From Cyanophyceae cyanobacterium (GTDB taxonomy: Bacteria > Cyanobacteriota > Cyanobacteriia > Cyanobacteriales > Laspinemataceae), in NCBI GenBank assembly GCA_038321985.1, contig JBBQFN010000007.1:64001-128000 (forward strand): a stretch of DNA of 64,000 nucleotides, read 5' to 3'. Position 1 is the stretch's first letter. Each line of letters begins with the position of its first letter. The notes under the pieces are model-generated. The model worked only from the letters and a program-made list of their open reading frames with translations, was not told the DNA's origin and searched no databases. The position numbers and the translations under genes are program-made. Below, in pieces: positions 21,153 to 31,788 of the stretch.

Positions 21153-22544
21153 TTAAACCGGACAGCCTTCCATGTCCGGGTCTTCCTCAAAACTGATTAG
21201 AGATAAAGACTCCGGATTTTCCTGAAGCATTTTTCCGAGTAAATACCCCGAAATCGTCCAAGTTTGATACCGCCTTGATTCTTTGCCAATTAAGCGACCG
21301 TTTTTGCCATCATAATATTCCGGCCATTCATCTTCAATCAGGCGATCGCCTGCCACTTCTAATACTTTTTCCCCTAATTCGGGCCGTCCCATCTTATGAA
21401 AAGCCGCCACCAAAGGCCAAATTAAAACCGGCCAATTTCCGCCATTATGATAGGACCACGGGGGATTTTTCGGGTCTGACCCCGTAACAATTTCCCATTC
21501 CAAATTTTCCACCGGCGGAAAACAAATTTTCAGCGGCATTCGTCCCACCAAATCGGACCATCGTTCTTCAATCAAATTAATAATCTCCTGAGATTCTTCT
21601 GCCGATGATAAAGACCCCAGAATTGCCAGTAAATTTCCAAAACTGAAAAATCGAAAATCTATCCGACCCGGCCCCAAATTTCCCGCTAAATATCCGCCTC
21701 GGTCCGGTATCCATAAAGTGACCCAATGGGGAATAGACCCGGGATAAATATTAAACTTATTTACAGCATCTTTTCCAAATTGTTCACTTTTAAACCGATG
21801 AATTTGGTTTAATTTCTTGAAATCCAGCCAATAATATTCTCGAATATGGTATCTTAAAGAACCCAATCGGCTATTAATCGCTTTCAGGTAGGAATCATCG
21901 TCCTGATTGGGCAACAGCAACTCTCGGGCGGATCGCAAAGCAATATAAAATAGAGATTGAATTTCCAAAGGATGACCATAAACCCCCATCCTGCGGTCAA
22001 TCATAAAGGAACCATCGGGAACTAACAGGGTTGGAAACATTTCAAACCGAGAGCGTAAACAGAGTTCCAAAATCAGTTTGATACCTTGTTGGAAATCAGC
22101 TTGATGAGCAAAAGAAATATCACCGGTTTTCTTAACATAAGCCCGTAATAAAAACAACCACCAAAAGCCCGAGTCCACCGGGGGGACTCTGCCGATCGCA
22201 TGGTTGCCAAAGTCCCCCAATAATCGTTCTTCTCCGTCTTCATGTACAACTTTAAAACTGGCCGGCATCAAACCCGGGCCGGGTTCAAAGCAGTCCACCC
22301 GCTTATCATGTTTCTGCAACGCTAAAGTCTGAATCATAAAATGGCGAACAATGTCGGTTTTTCCTTCAATTAAAAATATCAAAGCCCCGGAAACAAAGTC
22401 TCGAATAAAGCACTGATCATAATTAAGTGCATCTAACGCGGGATCATGGGCTGCTACAGTGCCAACGGGTTTCCCCTGATAACAGAAAATAGAATTTTCT
22501 AGGAGGGCGTAGGCATCAGATGGAGTAATTTCTTTTCTTTTCAT
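21153..22544 (-). CDS. Alkaline/neutral invertase (GH100)
   Basis: [47 protein letters not shown]. Confidence 0.95.
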   Translation of the reverse strand: MKRKEITPSDAYALLENSIFCYQGKPVGTVAAHDPALDALNYDQCFIRDFVSGALIFLIEGKTDIVRHFMIQTLALQKHDKRVDCFEPGPGLMPASFKVVHEDGEERLLGDFGNHAIGRVPPVDSGFWWLFLLRAYVKKTGDISFAHQADFQQGIKLILELCLRSRFEMFPTLLVPDGSFMIDRRMGVYGHPLEIQSLFYIALRSARELLLPNQDDDSYLKAINSRLGSLRYHIREYYWLDFKKLNQIHRFKSEQFGKDAVNKFNIYPGSIPHWVTLWIPDRGGYLAGNLGPGRIDFRFFSFGNLLAILGSLSSAEESQEIINLIEERWSDLVGRMPLKICFPPVENLEWEIVTGSDPKNPPWSYHNGGNWPVLIWPLVAAFHKMGRPELGEKVLEVAGDRLIEDEWPEYYDGKNGRLIGKESRRYQTWTISGYLLGKMLQENPESLSLISFEEDPDMEGCPV

Positions 22545-23029
22545 TGATTTAAAGGATTCAACAGCAAGCAAGTCGCCGAGACAGTTGGATTGTTAGCTTT
22601 GAAGACAGCCCATCCTCCAGTCGCCGGTGGATTTTTGATAGATTCAGTATTCAAAAATGGCAGCGGGGGAGGGTTGGCAAGTGCGGCACTAACTCTCTAC
22701 TATCCCGGCTGTGGTCAATTTGCTTATTCTATCATGATTGTGTCGGTTCGTGTTACGCACACAGGGCTAAAGCTGGGGTTTAGAAGCGATCGCACTCCCT
22801 TGTTATTCCAACAAAATCCCCCCTTAGCTATTTCCTCCAAACTGCGACTCATCTCCCCAATTCAAGGTTGGGTGTTCTTGCCCTTGAAAATAAAATATTT
22901 GTAATCTGCAATTTCAGATTTAGTTTTTGCGGTCAAACTATCTACAACCGATCACAGGTGAAACGGTATGCTAAAACGAAATCGAAAGAATAACCCGTCA
23001 TTAGAGAGAAGTTCATTTATCGTGTCGTC

Positions 23030-24592
23030 ATGTCAATAGAACCCGTAGCAAGTGAAACGCTAATCCAACAAAGTTTAGAGCGCTTTCTCCTTGTCCTAAC
23101 CGTTTCCCTGAGTGTCGCGACACTCCCGCAAATTTTTAGCTGGGTGCGACAAATTCCCTACACCCTGTTGTTAGTGATCGTCGGATTGGGTTTAGCCTTC
23201 GTAGATGTGCGCCTCGTCAACCTGTCCCCTGCACTCATCCTGTCGATATTTTTGCCCCCGTTGTTATTTGAAGCCGGCTGGAATCTGCGGTGGAAAGACT
23301 TAAAGCGAGATTTAGTCCCGGTGAGTTTGTATGCCATCCTCGGGGTACTAATTTCTGTAATCGGGATTGCGATCGCCTTAAAGGAGTTCGCCGCAATCCC
23401 CTTCGCCACCGCCTTGTTAATCGGCGCGAGTCTCTCGGCCACGGATCCGATTTCCGTAATTGCCCTATTTAGAGAGCTCGGCGTAGACAAACGCCTCTCT
23501 ACCCTGATGGAAGGGGAAAGTTTATTTAATGACGGAGTAGCGGTCGTTGCCTTTAGTTTGCTGGTGGGACTGGCATTAGGGACCGAGCAATTTGAAGTCC
23601 GCAGCACGATCGCCCAATTTTTTACATTTGCCGGGATTGGCATCGGCATCGGTAGCCTAATTGGATTTGGGATTTCCTACCTCACCCAACGCTTTGATTT
23701 ACCCCTCGTCGAACAATCTTTAACCCTAGTCTCTGCCTACGGGACTTATCTCATCGTCGAAGAACTCGGCGGATCGGGTGTAATTGGCGTGGTTACCGTC
23801 GGGGTAATCTTGGGTAACTTTGGCTCCCGAATTGGCATGAATCCACGCACCAGACTGATTGTGACTGAGTTTTGGGAGTTTTTAGCCTTTTTTGTGAATT
23901 CTATCGTTTTTTTGCTGATTGGCGACCAAATCCATTTTGCTTCCCTTGCCGATAATTTGGACACGATCGCCATTACTTTAGGTGCGATGTTAGTGACTCG
24001 GGCGATCGCCATTTATGCCCTCGGTGCATTGAGCAATGTACTGGTAAAATCGGACATCAGTCTGCAAGAGCAAACCGTCTTATGGTGGGGGGGATTGCGG
24101 GGTTCGGTATCCATTGCATTAGCCCTTTCTGTCCCGATAATTTTAGAAGCACGGGAAGAAATTATTGCCACGGTATTTGGGGTGGTTTTATTTACCTTAT
24201 TGGTTCAGGGTTTAACCACCAAACCTCTGCTTAAAGTCCTGAATCTGTTGGGAGATCAAACGGTACGGCAGAACTATTTAGAGGCGATCGCGCGTCGTGC
24301 GGCACTCCAGCGAGTCCTGGACCACTTGAAACAGGGACAAGATGGACCTGATATTGATTGGGAGTTTTATCGCTATCAAACTGCTCTGGTAGAAGGAGAA
24401 GTCAATAAAATTCAAAATACCATCAACCAATTGCGAATTAAAGAGCCGGATATCCAGGATTTTGCCCGAGAACAATTCAAAGAAGAACTCCTGGCGATCG
24501 AAGCTGATACTTACGCTGAATTCGTGCGATCGGGCCGCTTAAATCGAGATTTAGCTCCCTTCCTACAAGATGTGCTTCAAGGAGGGGATTGA
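23030..24592 (+). CDS. Na+/H+ antiporter, CPA1 (NhaP/NhaS type)
   Basis: LPPLLFEAG, ATDPISV, EGESLFNDG, WGGLRGSVSIAL. Confidence 0.93.
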   Translation: MSIEPVASETLIQQSLERFLLVLTVSLSVATLPQIFSWVRQIPYTLLLVIVGLGLAFVDVRLVNLSPALILSIFLPPLLFEAGWNLRWKDLKRDLVPVSLYAILGVLISVIGIAIALKEFAAIPFATALLIGASLSATDPISVIALFRELGVDKRLSTLMEGESLFNDGVAVVAFSLLVGLALGTEQFEVRSTIAQFFTFAGIGIGIGSLIGFGISYLTQRFDLPLVEQSLTLVSAYGTYLIVEELGGSGVIGVVTVGVILGNFGSRIGMNPRTRLIVTEFWEFLAFFVNSIVFLLIGDQIHFASLADNLDTIAITLGAMLVTRAIAIYALGALSNVLVKSDISLQEQTVLWWGGLRGSVSIALALSVPIILEAREEIIATVFGVVLFTLLVQGLTTKPLLKVLNLLGDQTVRQNYLEAIARRAALQRVLDHLKQGQDGPDIDWEFYRYQTALVEGEVNKIQNTINQLRIKEPDIQDFAREQFKEELLAIEADTYAEFVRSGRLNRDLAPFLQDVLQGGD

Positions 24593-24715
24593 TAACGCCT
24601 TTCGTATCCGGTTAAATCGCAATCATGAGACCCGGATGGAGGAGTGCATTAGCACCACGTCCAGGCTGGTTTACTGGCGATGCGCGTCTAAATGAATTAG
24701 GAAACTCATCCTCAA

Positions 24716-24816
24716 AGGAGTGGGAGCGTTTCGCTCTCTATCATAGTCTCGTTCAATGTTAGAATAGGGAGCGTCTTGCTCACTGTTAAAGTAGGGAGTA
24801 AGACACTCCCTCTCCT
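24716..24816. repeat. Cluster of three REP-like short palindromes
   Basis: AGGAGTGGGAGCGTTTCGCTCTCTA, ATAGGGAGCGTCTTGCTCACTG, and an inverted copy TAGGGAGTAAGACACTCCCTCTCCT. Confidence 0.6.
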
Positions 24817-24955
24817 CAATTTTAGGGTGTAATTGATTTACACCCAATCCGGGTTCAAAAAATATGAGTTTAAAAGTAGCCAGGATTGAGGAATTTGTTG
24901 ATGTGTCCGCACCAGACTAGGTGTGGTTTTCGTGAATAAAAACCGCCATATTTTA

Positions 24956-26107
24956 CTAGCGATACACCGGCAAAGTAAAATGAAACGAACTACCTTTATT
25001 GTAAAAAGAATCAACCCAAATTTCCCCGCCATTGGCCCGGATAAACCGCTTACATAAGCCTAAGCCTATTCCATATCCATCTTTTGTTTCATCTCGTTTT
25101 AGACGGAAGCGGTCCTCAAAAATATGGTTTTGATTTTCTGAGGGGATACCAGGGCCATTATCAATGATGCTAACTTGAACCTTTTGCGTCGTGCGGTGCA
25201 AGATGCAAACTTCAATTTTTCCCGCTTGGGGGGTGTACTTAATCGCATTATCTAAAAGATTAACAATCACCTGCCGCACCCGTTCTCCATCAGCATAAAC
25301 AGGGGGTAAATCATTGGGAATATCGCTTTTTAGGTGATGGGACTTCGCCGATAATCGGTCCTTAAAATTTTCTATAATGTTGAAAGTGAGGGTTTTAAGG
25401 TCTAACTTATGAGGACAAATTTGAAACTCTCTACCGCTACTGCTGTGAGCGGCAACCAACATATCTGATATCATGCGATCGATGAGGCGGGTTTGAGTGC
25501 GAGCATGATGAATTAAACGGGCCTTAAGAGCCGATGCAGCCTCTTCATTAAGGGTTTTTTCTCGTTTATAGGTGATTTCGAGGGTTTCCAAGGCTAAGCA
25601 AGTCGCAGTGAGAGGATTTCGTAATTCATGGGCTAACATTGCAATCAGACGGTCTTTAAAATGAAGTTGGTCCACCAGTTCTTCTTTTTCTTGCTTCAGG
25701 CGAAAAATTTCATCGGAAAGTTCCATCAATTCAGCGGAATGAGCTAAAGAAGAGGGGTTTTTTCTAAGGTAATGTCCGTTGCTTTGTTCTGACGCCTGGT
25801 TGGTGAGATAATCTTCAAGAGACTTTTGCCACCGATCCCACCACTTATCGAGTTCAGCTACTAAATTGCTGCCTGCTAGAACTTGTTGGGGTCCCGGATG
25901 GAGTTTAATCAAGGCCGGAGTCGCTACGAGTTTAAACTGTTCAGCCAAATAAGGCTGTTCACTGACATCAATGATCTGTAAATCAAAGGGGATATCACTC
26001 CGCCGTTGTTGAAAGTAACTGCGGATTTGGCGGATTTGTTCACTGGATTTCGGACGCCTATCGACAAATAGGACAAGCTGTAAAGGCGCTTCGTCGTTAT
26101 GATGCAT
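24956..26107 (-). CDS. sasA: Circadian output histidine kinase SasA
   Basis: KaiB-like N-terminus (IIDVSEQPYLAEQFKLVATPALIK), MLAHELRNPL, NLLDNAIKY, GYGIGL. Confidence 0.93.
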   Translation of the reverse strand: MHHNDEAPLQLVLFVDRRPKSSEQIRQIRSYFQQRRSDIPFDLQIIDVSEQPYLAEQFKLVATPALIKLHPGPQQVLAGSNLVAELDKWWDRWQKSLEDYLTNQASEQSNGHYLRKNPSSLAHSAELMELSDEIFRLKQEKEELVDQLHFKDRLIAMLAHELRNPLTATCLALETLEITYKREKTLNEEAASALKARLIHHARTQTRLIDRMISDMLVAAHSSSGREFQICPHKLDLKTLTFNIIENFKDRLSAKSHHLKSDIPNDLPPVYADGERVRQVIVNLLDNAIKYTPQAGKIEVCILHRTTQKVQVSIIDNGPGIPSENQNHIFEDRFRLKRDETKDGYGIGLGLCKRFIRANGGEIWVDSFYNKGSSFHFTLPVYR

Positions 26108-26432
26108 GGTTTTTTACGGAACTGCCCTCATGCAATCCCCTTACGGCAATGCGGCTAAAAAAGTAACACTCATTCTGAGTTTGAACAGACGTGACTCGAT
26201 CGCCCTGATGGTCCTTTTGTTTTTCTTTATATTTATAAATTATCCTGTTTATGGTCGATTCTTGAAAGAGGCCTTGATGATTGGGATCTCGTCACGACTC
26301 GGACTTATTGCCGAGTCAAGAGTCAGGGCCTTTGGAGGGGTCGGAACCCCAGGGAACCTCAACTTTCTCCCGGTTGAGGCATCGGAACCTTAGTTGTCAA
26401 ACCTTAACATTTTCTTAAGACTTAAGCGAGGA

Positions 26433-28241
26433 ATGTTGGCAAACTTGCAGAAAAATACAGGGTTACGGTTGGTGATCAGTGTGGCGATCGCCTTCTTTGT
26501 CATCACAATGGTGTTCACCCTACACCGTTACTACACCTTTTACGCCTCTTTTGACCAGGGAATTTTTAACCAGGTCTTTTGGAATAGCAGCCAGGGGCGC
26601 TTGTTTCAAAGTTCCCTCTCATCGGGCCTTTCGACGAATGTGGTTCACAGCGGGGAAGTCCCGGATGTGTCCTATCACCGCCTGGGACAACATTTTACCC
26701 CCGCCTTATTGCTGTGGCTGCCCATTTACAGCCTGTTTCCGTCTCCAGTGACCTTAAGCGTCCTCCATGTCACCCTCGTCACCGCTGCCGGAGGGGTGCT
26801 CTACCTCCTCGCCCGGGTATATCTGCAACCAGCGACTGCCAGTTTGATCGCCGTCAGCTATTATGCTGCCAATGCGATCGCCGGTCCCACCCTCTCTAAT
26901 TTCCATGACAACTTCCAGATGCCCTTATTTGTCTTCAGTCTGTTGTTGGCAATGGAAAAACGCTGGTGGTGGTTATTTTGGCCTCTAGCCCTCTGTATCC
27001 TCGCCGTCCGGGCCGATGGGGGCATTTCTCTTTTTGGCGTCGGCATTTACATGATTCTCAGCAAACGCTATCCGAAACAAGGATTAGCCATTTGTACCCT
27101 CAGCTTTACCTATATCGCCCTCTTGACCAACCTGGTCATGCCCCTGTTTTCTGACGATATTTCTCGCCGGTTTACCATTGAACGTTTCGGGCAGTATGTA
27201 GATAAAGAAGAAGCAACCACCTTAGATATTCTCTGGGCATTTATCAGCCAACCGGGATTGGTAATTTGGGAGATTATTACCCCCATTGGTGGAAAACTAA
27301 AATATCTCCTCGGACAGTGGCTGCCCTTGGCCTTTATTCCAGCCTTTTCCCCTGCCGCTTGGTCGATCGCCGGATTTCCCCTGTTAGCTATTTTCTTGCA
27401 GCAAGGTCAAACCGCCTTATCGATTAACATTCGCTATGCCATGACAGTCGTCCCGGGGCTCTGTTATGGGGCAGTTCTCTGGTGGTCCCACCGTCAAACC
27501 TTGCTGGAAGCCCCAGTTCGGGACGTAATTCGCCAGGGATTGTGGACTAAACCCAACATCGCAGCAAACAACGTCCACGAGGTGACAGGATTAAAGAAAC
27601 AGATATCTCAGTGGGGCGATCGCCTTGCTGCCGTTCGCGAAACCCTGGGAAAAAAAGCGGACCGATGGTGGGAAAAACATCCGAAACTGTTCACCATTTC
27701 CATGCAGCGCTTTTGGGCGATTTGTATTGGATTGTCCCTGTTGTTTACTTTTACTTCCAACCCAAATCGGACCTTTTATTTTCTAATTCCCGACTCAATT
27801 AACCCCTGGGTTTATGTGTCCCTGCCGCAGCAGTGGCAACATAGTAGTCACATCCGGGCATTAATGAAACAGATTCCCCCCGATGCCAGCGTTTCCGCGA
27901 CCACTTATTTAGTACCGTCCTTATCTGGACGACGGGAAATTCTGCGCTTTCCGTTTTTGCGGTTGCGGAATGATGCCTCCGAAGAGGTCAACGTAGAGTA
28001 TGCGATCGCTGACTTGTGGCAACTCCAGCAATATCTCCCAGCCTTCAAACATGACCGCGCCTTATTTCGGGATTTAGTCCCGTTTATCGAACAACTCTAT
28101 GGGACCAACCAATATGGCATCATTGGATTTGAACAGGGGGTGATTTTGATGCGCCGACAAACTCCCTCGGATCCCGCAGCCTTAGCGGCTTGGCAAGGGT
28201 ATCGTCAAGAAATTGAACCCTTATTGCAACCCAATCCGTAA
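26433..28241 (+). CDS. DUF2079-family multi-pass membrane protein (GT-C-like)
   Basis: SFDQGIFNQVFWN, LGQHFTP, NFHD, IPPDASVSA; many TM helices. Confidence 0.8.
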   Translation: MLANLQKNTGLRLVISVAIAFFVITMVFTLHRYYTFYASFDQGIFNQVFWNSSQGRLFQSSLSSGLSTNVVHSGEVPDVSYHRLGQHFTPALLLWLPIYSLFPSPVTLSVLHVTLVTAAGGVLYLLARVYLQPATASLIAVSYYAANAIAGPTLSNFHDNFQMPLFVFSLLLAMEKRWWWLFWPLALCILAVRADGGISLFGVGIYMILSKRYPKQGLAICTLSFTYIALLTNLVMPLFSDDISRRFTIERFGQYVDKEEATTLDILWAFISQPGLVIWEIITPIGGKLKYLLGQWLPLAFIPAFSPAAWSIAGFPLLAIFLQQGQTALSINIRYAMTVVPGLCYGAVLWWSHRQTLLEAPVRDVIRQGLWTKPNIAANNVHEVTGLKKQISQWGDRLAAVRETLGKKADRWWEKHPKLFTISMQRFWAICIGLSLLFTFTSNPNRTFYFLIPDSINPWVYVSLPQQWQHSSHIRALMKQIPPDASVSATTYLVPSLSGRREILRFPFLRLRNDASEEVNVEYAIADLWQLQQYLPAFKHDRALFRDLVPFIEQLYGTNQYGIIGFEQGVILMRRQTPSDPAALAAWQGYRQEIEPLLQPNP

Positions 28242-28335
28242 ACAACAACCGGCGGGTTTTTAAACTCCGCTGGTTGTTGTAACCGGGGAAAAATGTTACT
28301 TCTATTCAACCTTAAATTTGTCTAAATCTGCACCG

Positions 28336-29523
28336 ATGAAAATTCTGGTACTAACTTGGGAGTTTCCCCCCCGGATTGTTGGGGGTATTGCACGGCACGT
28401 TGCGGAGTTATATCCGGAGTTAGTAAAGTTGGGCCATTCGGTCCATCTAGTGACCGTGGAATTTGGCAATGCACCGATGTATGAACAATTAGAAGGGATT
28501 GAAGTACATCGGGTCCCCGTCGAAGCGGGAAACGACTTTTTCCACTGGGTTACCAACATGAACGAGAGTATGGGACGTCATGGGGGTAAATTAATTTTAG
28601 AAGAAGGACCCTTCGACTTGATTCATGCCCATGATTGGTTAGTCGGTGATGCGGCGATCGCCCTCAAACACCATTTTAAAATTCCCCTGATTGCCACCAT
28701 CCACGCCACCGAACATGGCCGTAACAACGGACTTCGGAACGAGGTACAGCATTACATTGCGCAGAAAGAGGGAGACTTGGTGTACAACTCCTGGCGCACG
28801 ATTGTTTGTAGTGACTATATGCGTCGAGAAGTCGAACGGGCATTAGGCTGTCCCTGGGATAAAATAGATGTAATTTTTAATGGCATCCGGGCCGAAAAGA
28901 AACCCCGCTGGCACGATTTTGATGCCTGGACCTTCCGCCGTCAATTTGCCGAAGATAACGAGAAAATCGTGTATTATGTCGGTCGAATGACTTATGAAAA
29001 AGGCGTTGAAGTGCTATTAAAAGCCGCCCCAAAAATCCTGCGGGAAATGGGAGGATTAGTGAAATTTGCCATTGTGGGTGGTGGCAATACGGACCTTCTC
29101 AAGCAATTAGCTTCTGCCTTGAATATCTGGGATAAGTGCTATTTTACCGGCTTTATGTTTGAGGATGACCTGCACCAATTCCAAACCGTCGCTGATTGTG
29201 CTGTTTTCCCAAGTTTGTACGAACCCTTTGGGATTGTTGCCTTGGAAAGTTTTGCGGCAAGGGTGCCAGTGGTGGTGTCTGATACGGGAGGATTGCCCGA
29301 GGTGGTCCAAGATACGAAAACCGGCGTAGTCACGCGCACTAATGATCCAGATTCCCTCGCTTGGGGAATACTGGATGTGTTGAAAAATCCCGCCTATGTT
29401 CAGTGGTTAATTGATAATGCCTATTCTGATTTAAAACGGCGATTTAGCTGGCCGAAATTGGCTCAACAAACCGAAGCAGTTTACAAGCAAGTCGTGAAGG
29501 AAAGAGAGCAAATTGTTTGGTAA
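28336..29523 (+). CDS. Glycosyltransferase family 4
   Basis: WEFPPRIVGGIARH, HAHDWL, PSLYEPFGIVALE, GGLPEVV. Confidence 0.93.
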   Translation: MKILVLTWEFPPRIVGGIARHVAELYPELVKLGHSVHLVTVEFGNAPMYEQLEGIEVHRVPVEAGNDFFHWVTNMNESMGRHGGKLILEEGPFDLIHAHDWLVGDAAIALKHHFKIPLIATIHATEHGRNNGLRNEVQHYIAQKEGDLVYNSWRTIVCSDYMRREVERALGCPWDKIDVIFNGIRAEKKPRWHDFDAWTFRRQFAEDNEKIVYYVGRMTYEKGVEVLLKAAPKILREMGGLVKFAIVGGGNTDLLKQLASALNIWDKCYFTGFMFEDDLHQFQTVADCAVFPSLYEPFGIVALESFAARVPVVVSDTGGLPEVVQDTKTGVVTRTNDPDSLAWGILDVLKNPAYVQWLIDNAYSDLKRRFSWPKLAQQTEAVYKQVVKEREQIVW

Positions 29524-29756
29524 TGCTAGTGGGAATTATCCCGGTTGACAGGCTAGGGTAAAGCAGAGAATTAAGCTGTTATGTTAAGGGCTTAAAATAG
29601 ACAGATTGATTCTATCTGTTTTAAGAGGGGACTGAATAACCCACTCACTCGGGTTCGGGAAATAAATACAACTTGAGAGAATCCATACTAGACTATTTCG
29701 AGACCAACCCGAGGGTCAAAGACGAGTCCCCAATTCTTGCCGCTAAGGGGTCAACT

Positions 29757-31769
29757 ATGAGCGTGACACGCAATTTCATCTTGAATCCCAAACGTTTGTT
29801 TCAGTCCTGGAAGTTTCCCATTCGTCTGGTGCTGGTTGTGCCATTTGTCCTCCAAATTTCCGTGACGGTGGGATTGACGGGTTGGTTATCCTTGGAAAAT
29901 GGACAACAAGCAGTTAATGATTTGGCGGCTCAGTTACGTGCTGAAATTGTAGCTCGAATTGAAACCCAGTTGCGGGATTATTTACAAGCGCCTCGGGTGA
30001 TTAATCAAATTAATGCTAATGCGATCGAGTTAGGTCACCTGGATTCTCAAGATACTGGCAGTCTAACTCGGCAATTTTGGCGGCAACGAAATTTAGTCGA
30101 TCGCATTAAGGTTTCGGCAATTTATTTAGGAGGTGCCGATGGGGAATTTATCGGATTAGGCTTTCAAAATAATAACCGCTGGGAAATTGGTCGTGCGGGT
30201 CGTTCTACCGGGGGAAATTTTCACAGTTACGCTGTTGATAATTTTGGAAATCCGGGGGAATTATTAGAGTCTGGTAATCCTTATAACCCGCGAATTCGGC
30301 CTTGGTATGAAAAAGCGGTGCAGGCTAATCAACCTATTTGGAGCGATATTTATGTAGATTTCAAAGACCCCAGACTAAAAATTACCCTAGCACAACCCTT
30401 GTATGACAAAGGGGGAAATTTGCGTGGGGTTTTAGGAGTAGATTTTGTTTTATCCCATATTCGAGAATTTTTAGAAAGTATTAAAATTGGCAAATCTGGA
30501 CAGACCTTTATTATGGAAAGGTCGGGATTATTGGTGGCAACTTCAGTCCCACAACTTCCCTATCAGATTGAAGGCGATCAGGTGAATCGGATTGCAGCGG
30601 TGGATGTAGATGATTTTTTAATTCGGGAAAGTGCGAAATATCTAAAAACTTATTTTAAAGATTTGGGTCAGATTAAAGGTCCAAAGCAACTGGCATTTAA
30701 GATTAAAGGCAAGCTCCAATTTGTGCAAGTTGTGCCATTTTCGGAAGGGGAAAATTTGGATTGGTTGATTGTAGTGGTCGTACCCGAATCAGATTTTATG
30801 GAACGGATTCAGGGGAATACACGCACCACGATTCAGTTATCTTTAGTGGCATTAATTTTAGCGATTGGAGTGGGATTAATCACAGCGCGATGGATTACCC
30901 ATCCCTTGTGGCAACTGAGTCAAGCAAGTATGGCGATCGCCAATGGAGATTTTGAACGCCGCGTCTGGGTCGATCGGTCCGATGAGTTGGGGACCTTAGC
31001 CAAAGCGTTCAATCAGATGAGTGCTCAACTCAAATCCTCTCACGAACAACTGGCAGAATATTCACGATCGCTGGAAAAAAAAGTCAGCGATCGCACCCAA
31101 GAACTCCAAGCCGAACAAGAAAAATCGGAACAGTTATTACTCAATATTTTCCCCGCAGCAATTGCTAAACGCTTAAAAAACAATCAAACCGCGATCGCCG
31201 ACTATTTCCCCGAAGTCACCATTCTATTTGCCGACATTGTAGGATTTACCACCCTCTCCAGTCGCGTCTCTCCCATTCAGCTAGTCTCATGGCTGAATCA
31301 TATTTTTTCCACCTTCGATCGCCTTGCCGAAAAACATGGATTAGAAAAAATCAAAACCATCGGCGATGCTTACATGGTAGTCGGGGGACTCCCAGAACAA
31401 CGTCCTGACTCCGCCGAGGCGATCGCAGAAATGGCCCTAGAAATGCAGCAAGCCGTCCAAGAATTCTGCATCATCACCGGCCAAGAATTTCAAATCAGAA
31501 TCGGCATCAATATCGGACCCGTAGTCGCCGGAGTCATTGGCCTCAAAAAATTCATCTACGACCTTTGGGGAGACACCGTAAACGTAGCATCCCGCATGGA
31601 ATCCTCCGGCCTCCCCGGCAAAATTCAAGTCACCACCGAAACCTACCATCGCCTCAGCCACAAATTTAACTTCCAAAAACGAGGACCCATTACCATCAAA
31701 GGAAAAGGTCCAATGATCACCTACTGGCTAATCCATCAAATCCCCAAATCCCTCAGTGAAAATCAGTGA
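29757..31769 (+). CDS. Membrane adenylate/guanylate cyclase (TM-dCache-TM-HAMP-class III cyclase)
   Basis: YNPRIRPWY dCache motif; HAMP DELGTLAKAFNQM; FADIVGFT, KIKTIGDAYM, YDLWGDTVNVASRME. Confidence 0.93.
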   Translation: MSVTRNFILNPKRLFQSWKFPIRLVLVVPFVLQISVTVGLTGWLSLENGQQAVNDLAAQLRAEIVARIETQLRDYLQAPRVINQINANAIELGHLDSQDTGSLTRQFWRQRNLVDRIKVSAIYLGGADGEFIGLGFQNNNRWEIGRAGRSTGGNFHSYAVDNFGNPGELLESGNPYNPRIRPWYEKAVQANQPIWSDIYVDFKDPRLKITLAQPLYDKGGNLRGVLGVDFVLSHIREFLESIKIGKSGQTFIMERSGLLVATSVPQLPYQIEGDQVNRIAAVDVDDFLIRESAKYLKTYFKDLGQIKGPKQLAFKIKGKLQFVQVVPFSEGENLDWLIVVVVPESDFMERIQGNTRTTIQLSLVALILAIGVGLITARWITHPLWQLSQASMAIANGDFERRVWVDRSDELGTLAKAFNQMSAQLKSSHEQLAEYSRSLEKKVSDRTQELQAEQEKSEQLLLNIFPAAIAKRLKNNQTAIADYFPEVTILFADIVGFTTLSSRVSPIQLVSWLNHIFSTFDRLAEKHGLEKIKTIGDAYMVVGGLPEQRPDSAEAIAEMALEMQQAVQEFCIITGQEFQIRIGINIGPVVAGVIGLKKFIYDLWGDTVNVASRMESSGLPGKIQVTTETYHRLSHKFNFQKRGPITIKGKGPMITYWLIHQIPKSLSENQ

Positions 31770-31788
31770 AATCAGTGGTTCATCCCTC

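Noticed and set aside
22590..22904. 104-aa ORF in the invertase/antiporter spacer
   Set aside because: TTG start, no RBS, non-protein-like composition, and it occupies a divergent promoter region.
26106..26393. 95-aa ORF between sasA and the DUF2079 gene
   Set aside because: Overlaps the sasA start and the divergent promoters; no motif.
31746..31782. AAATCAGTG-type short repeats, with a similar stretch near 59262-59292
   Set aside because: Short degenerate intergenic repeats common in filamentous cyanobacteria; too little to assign a function.
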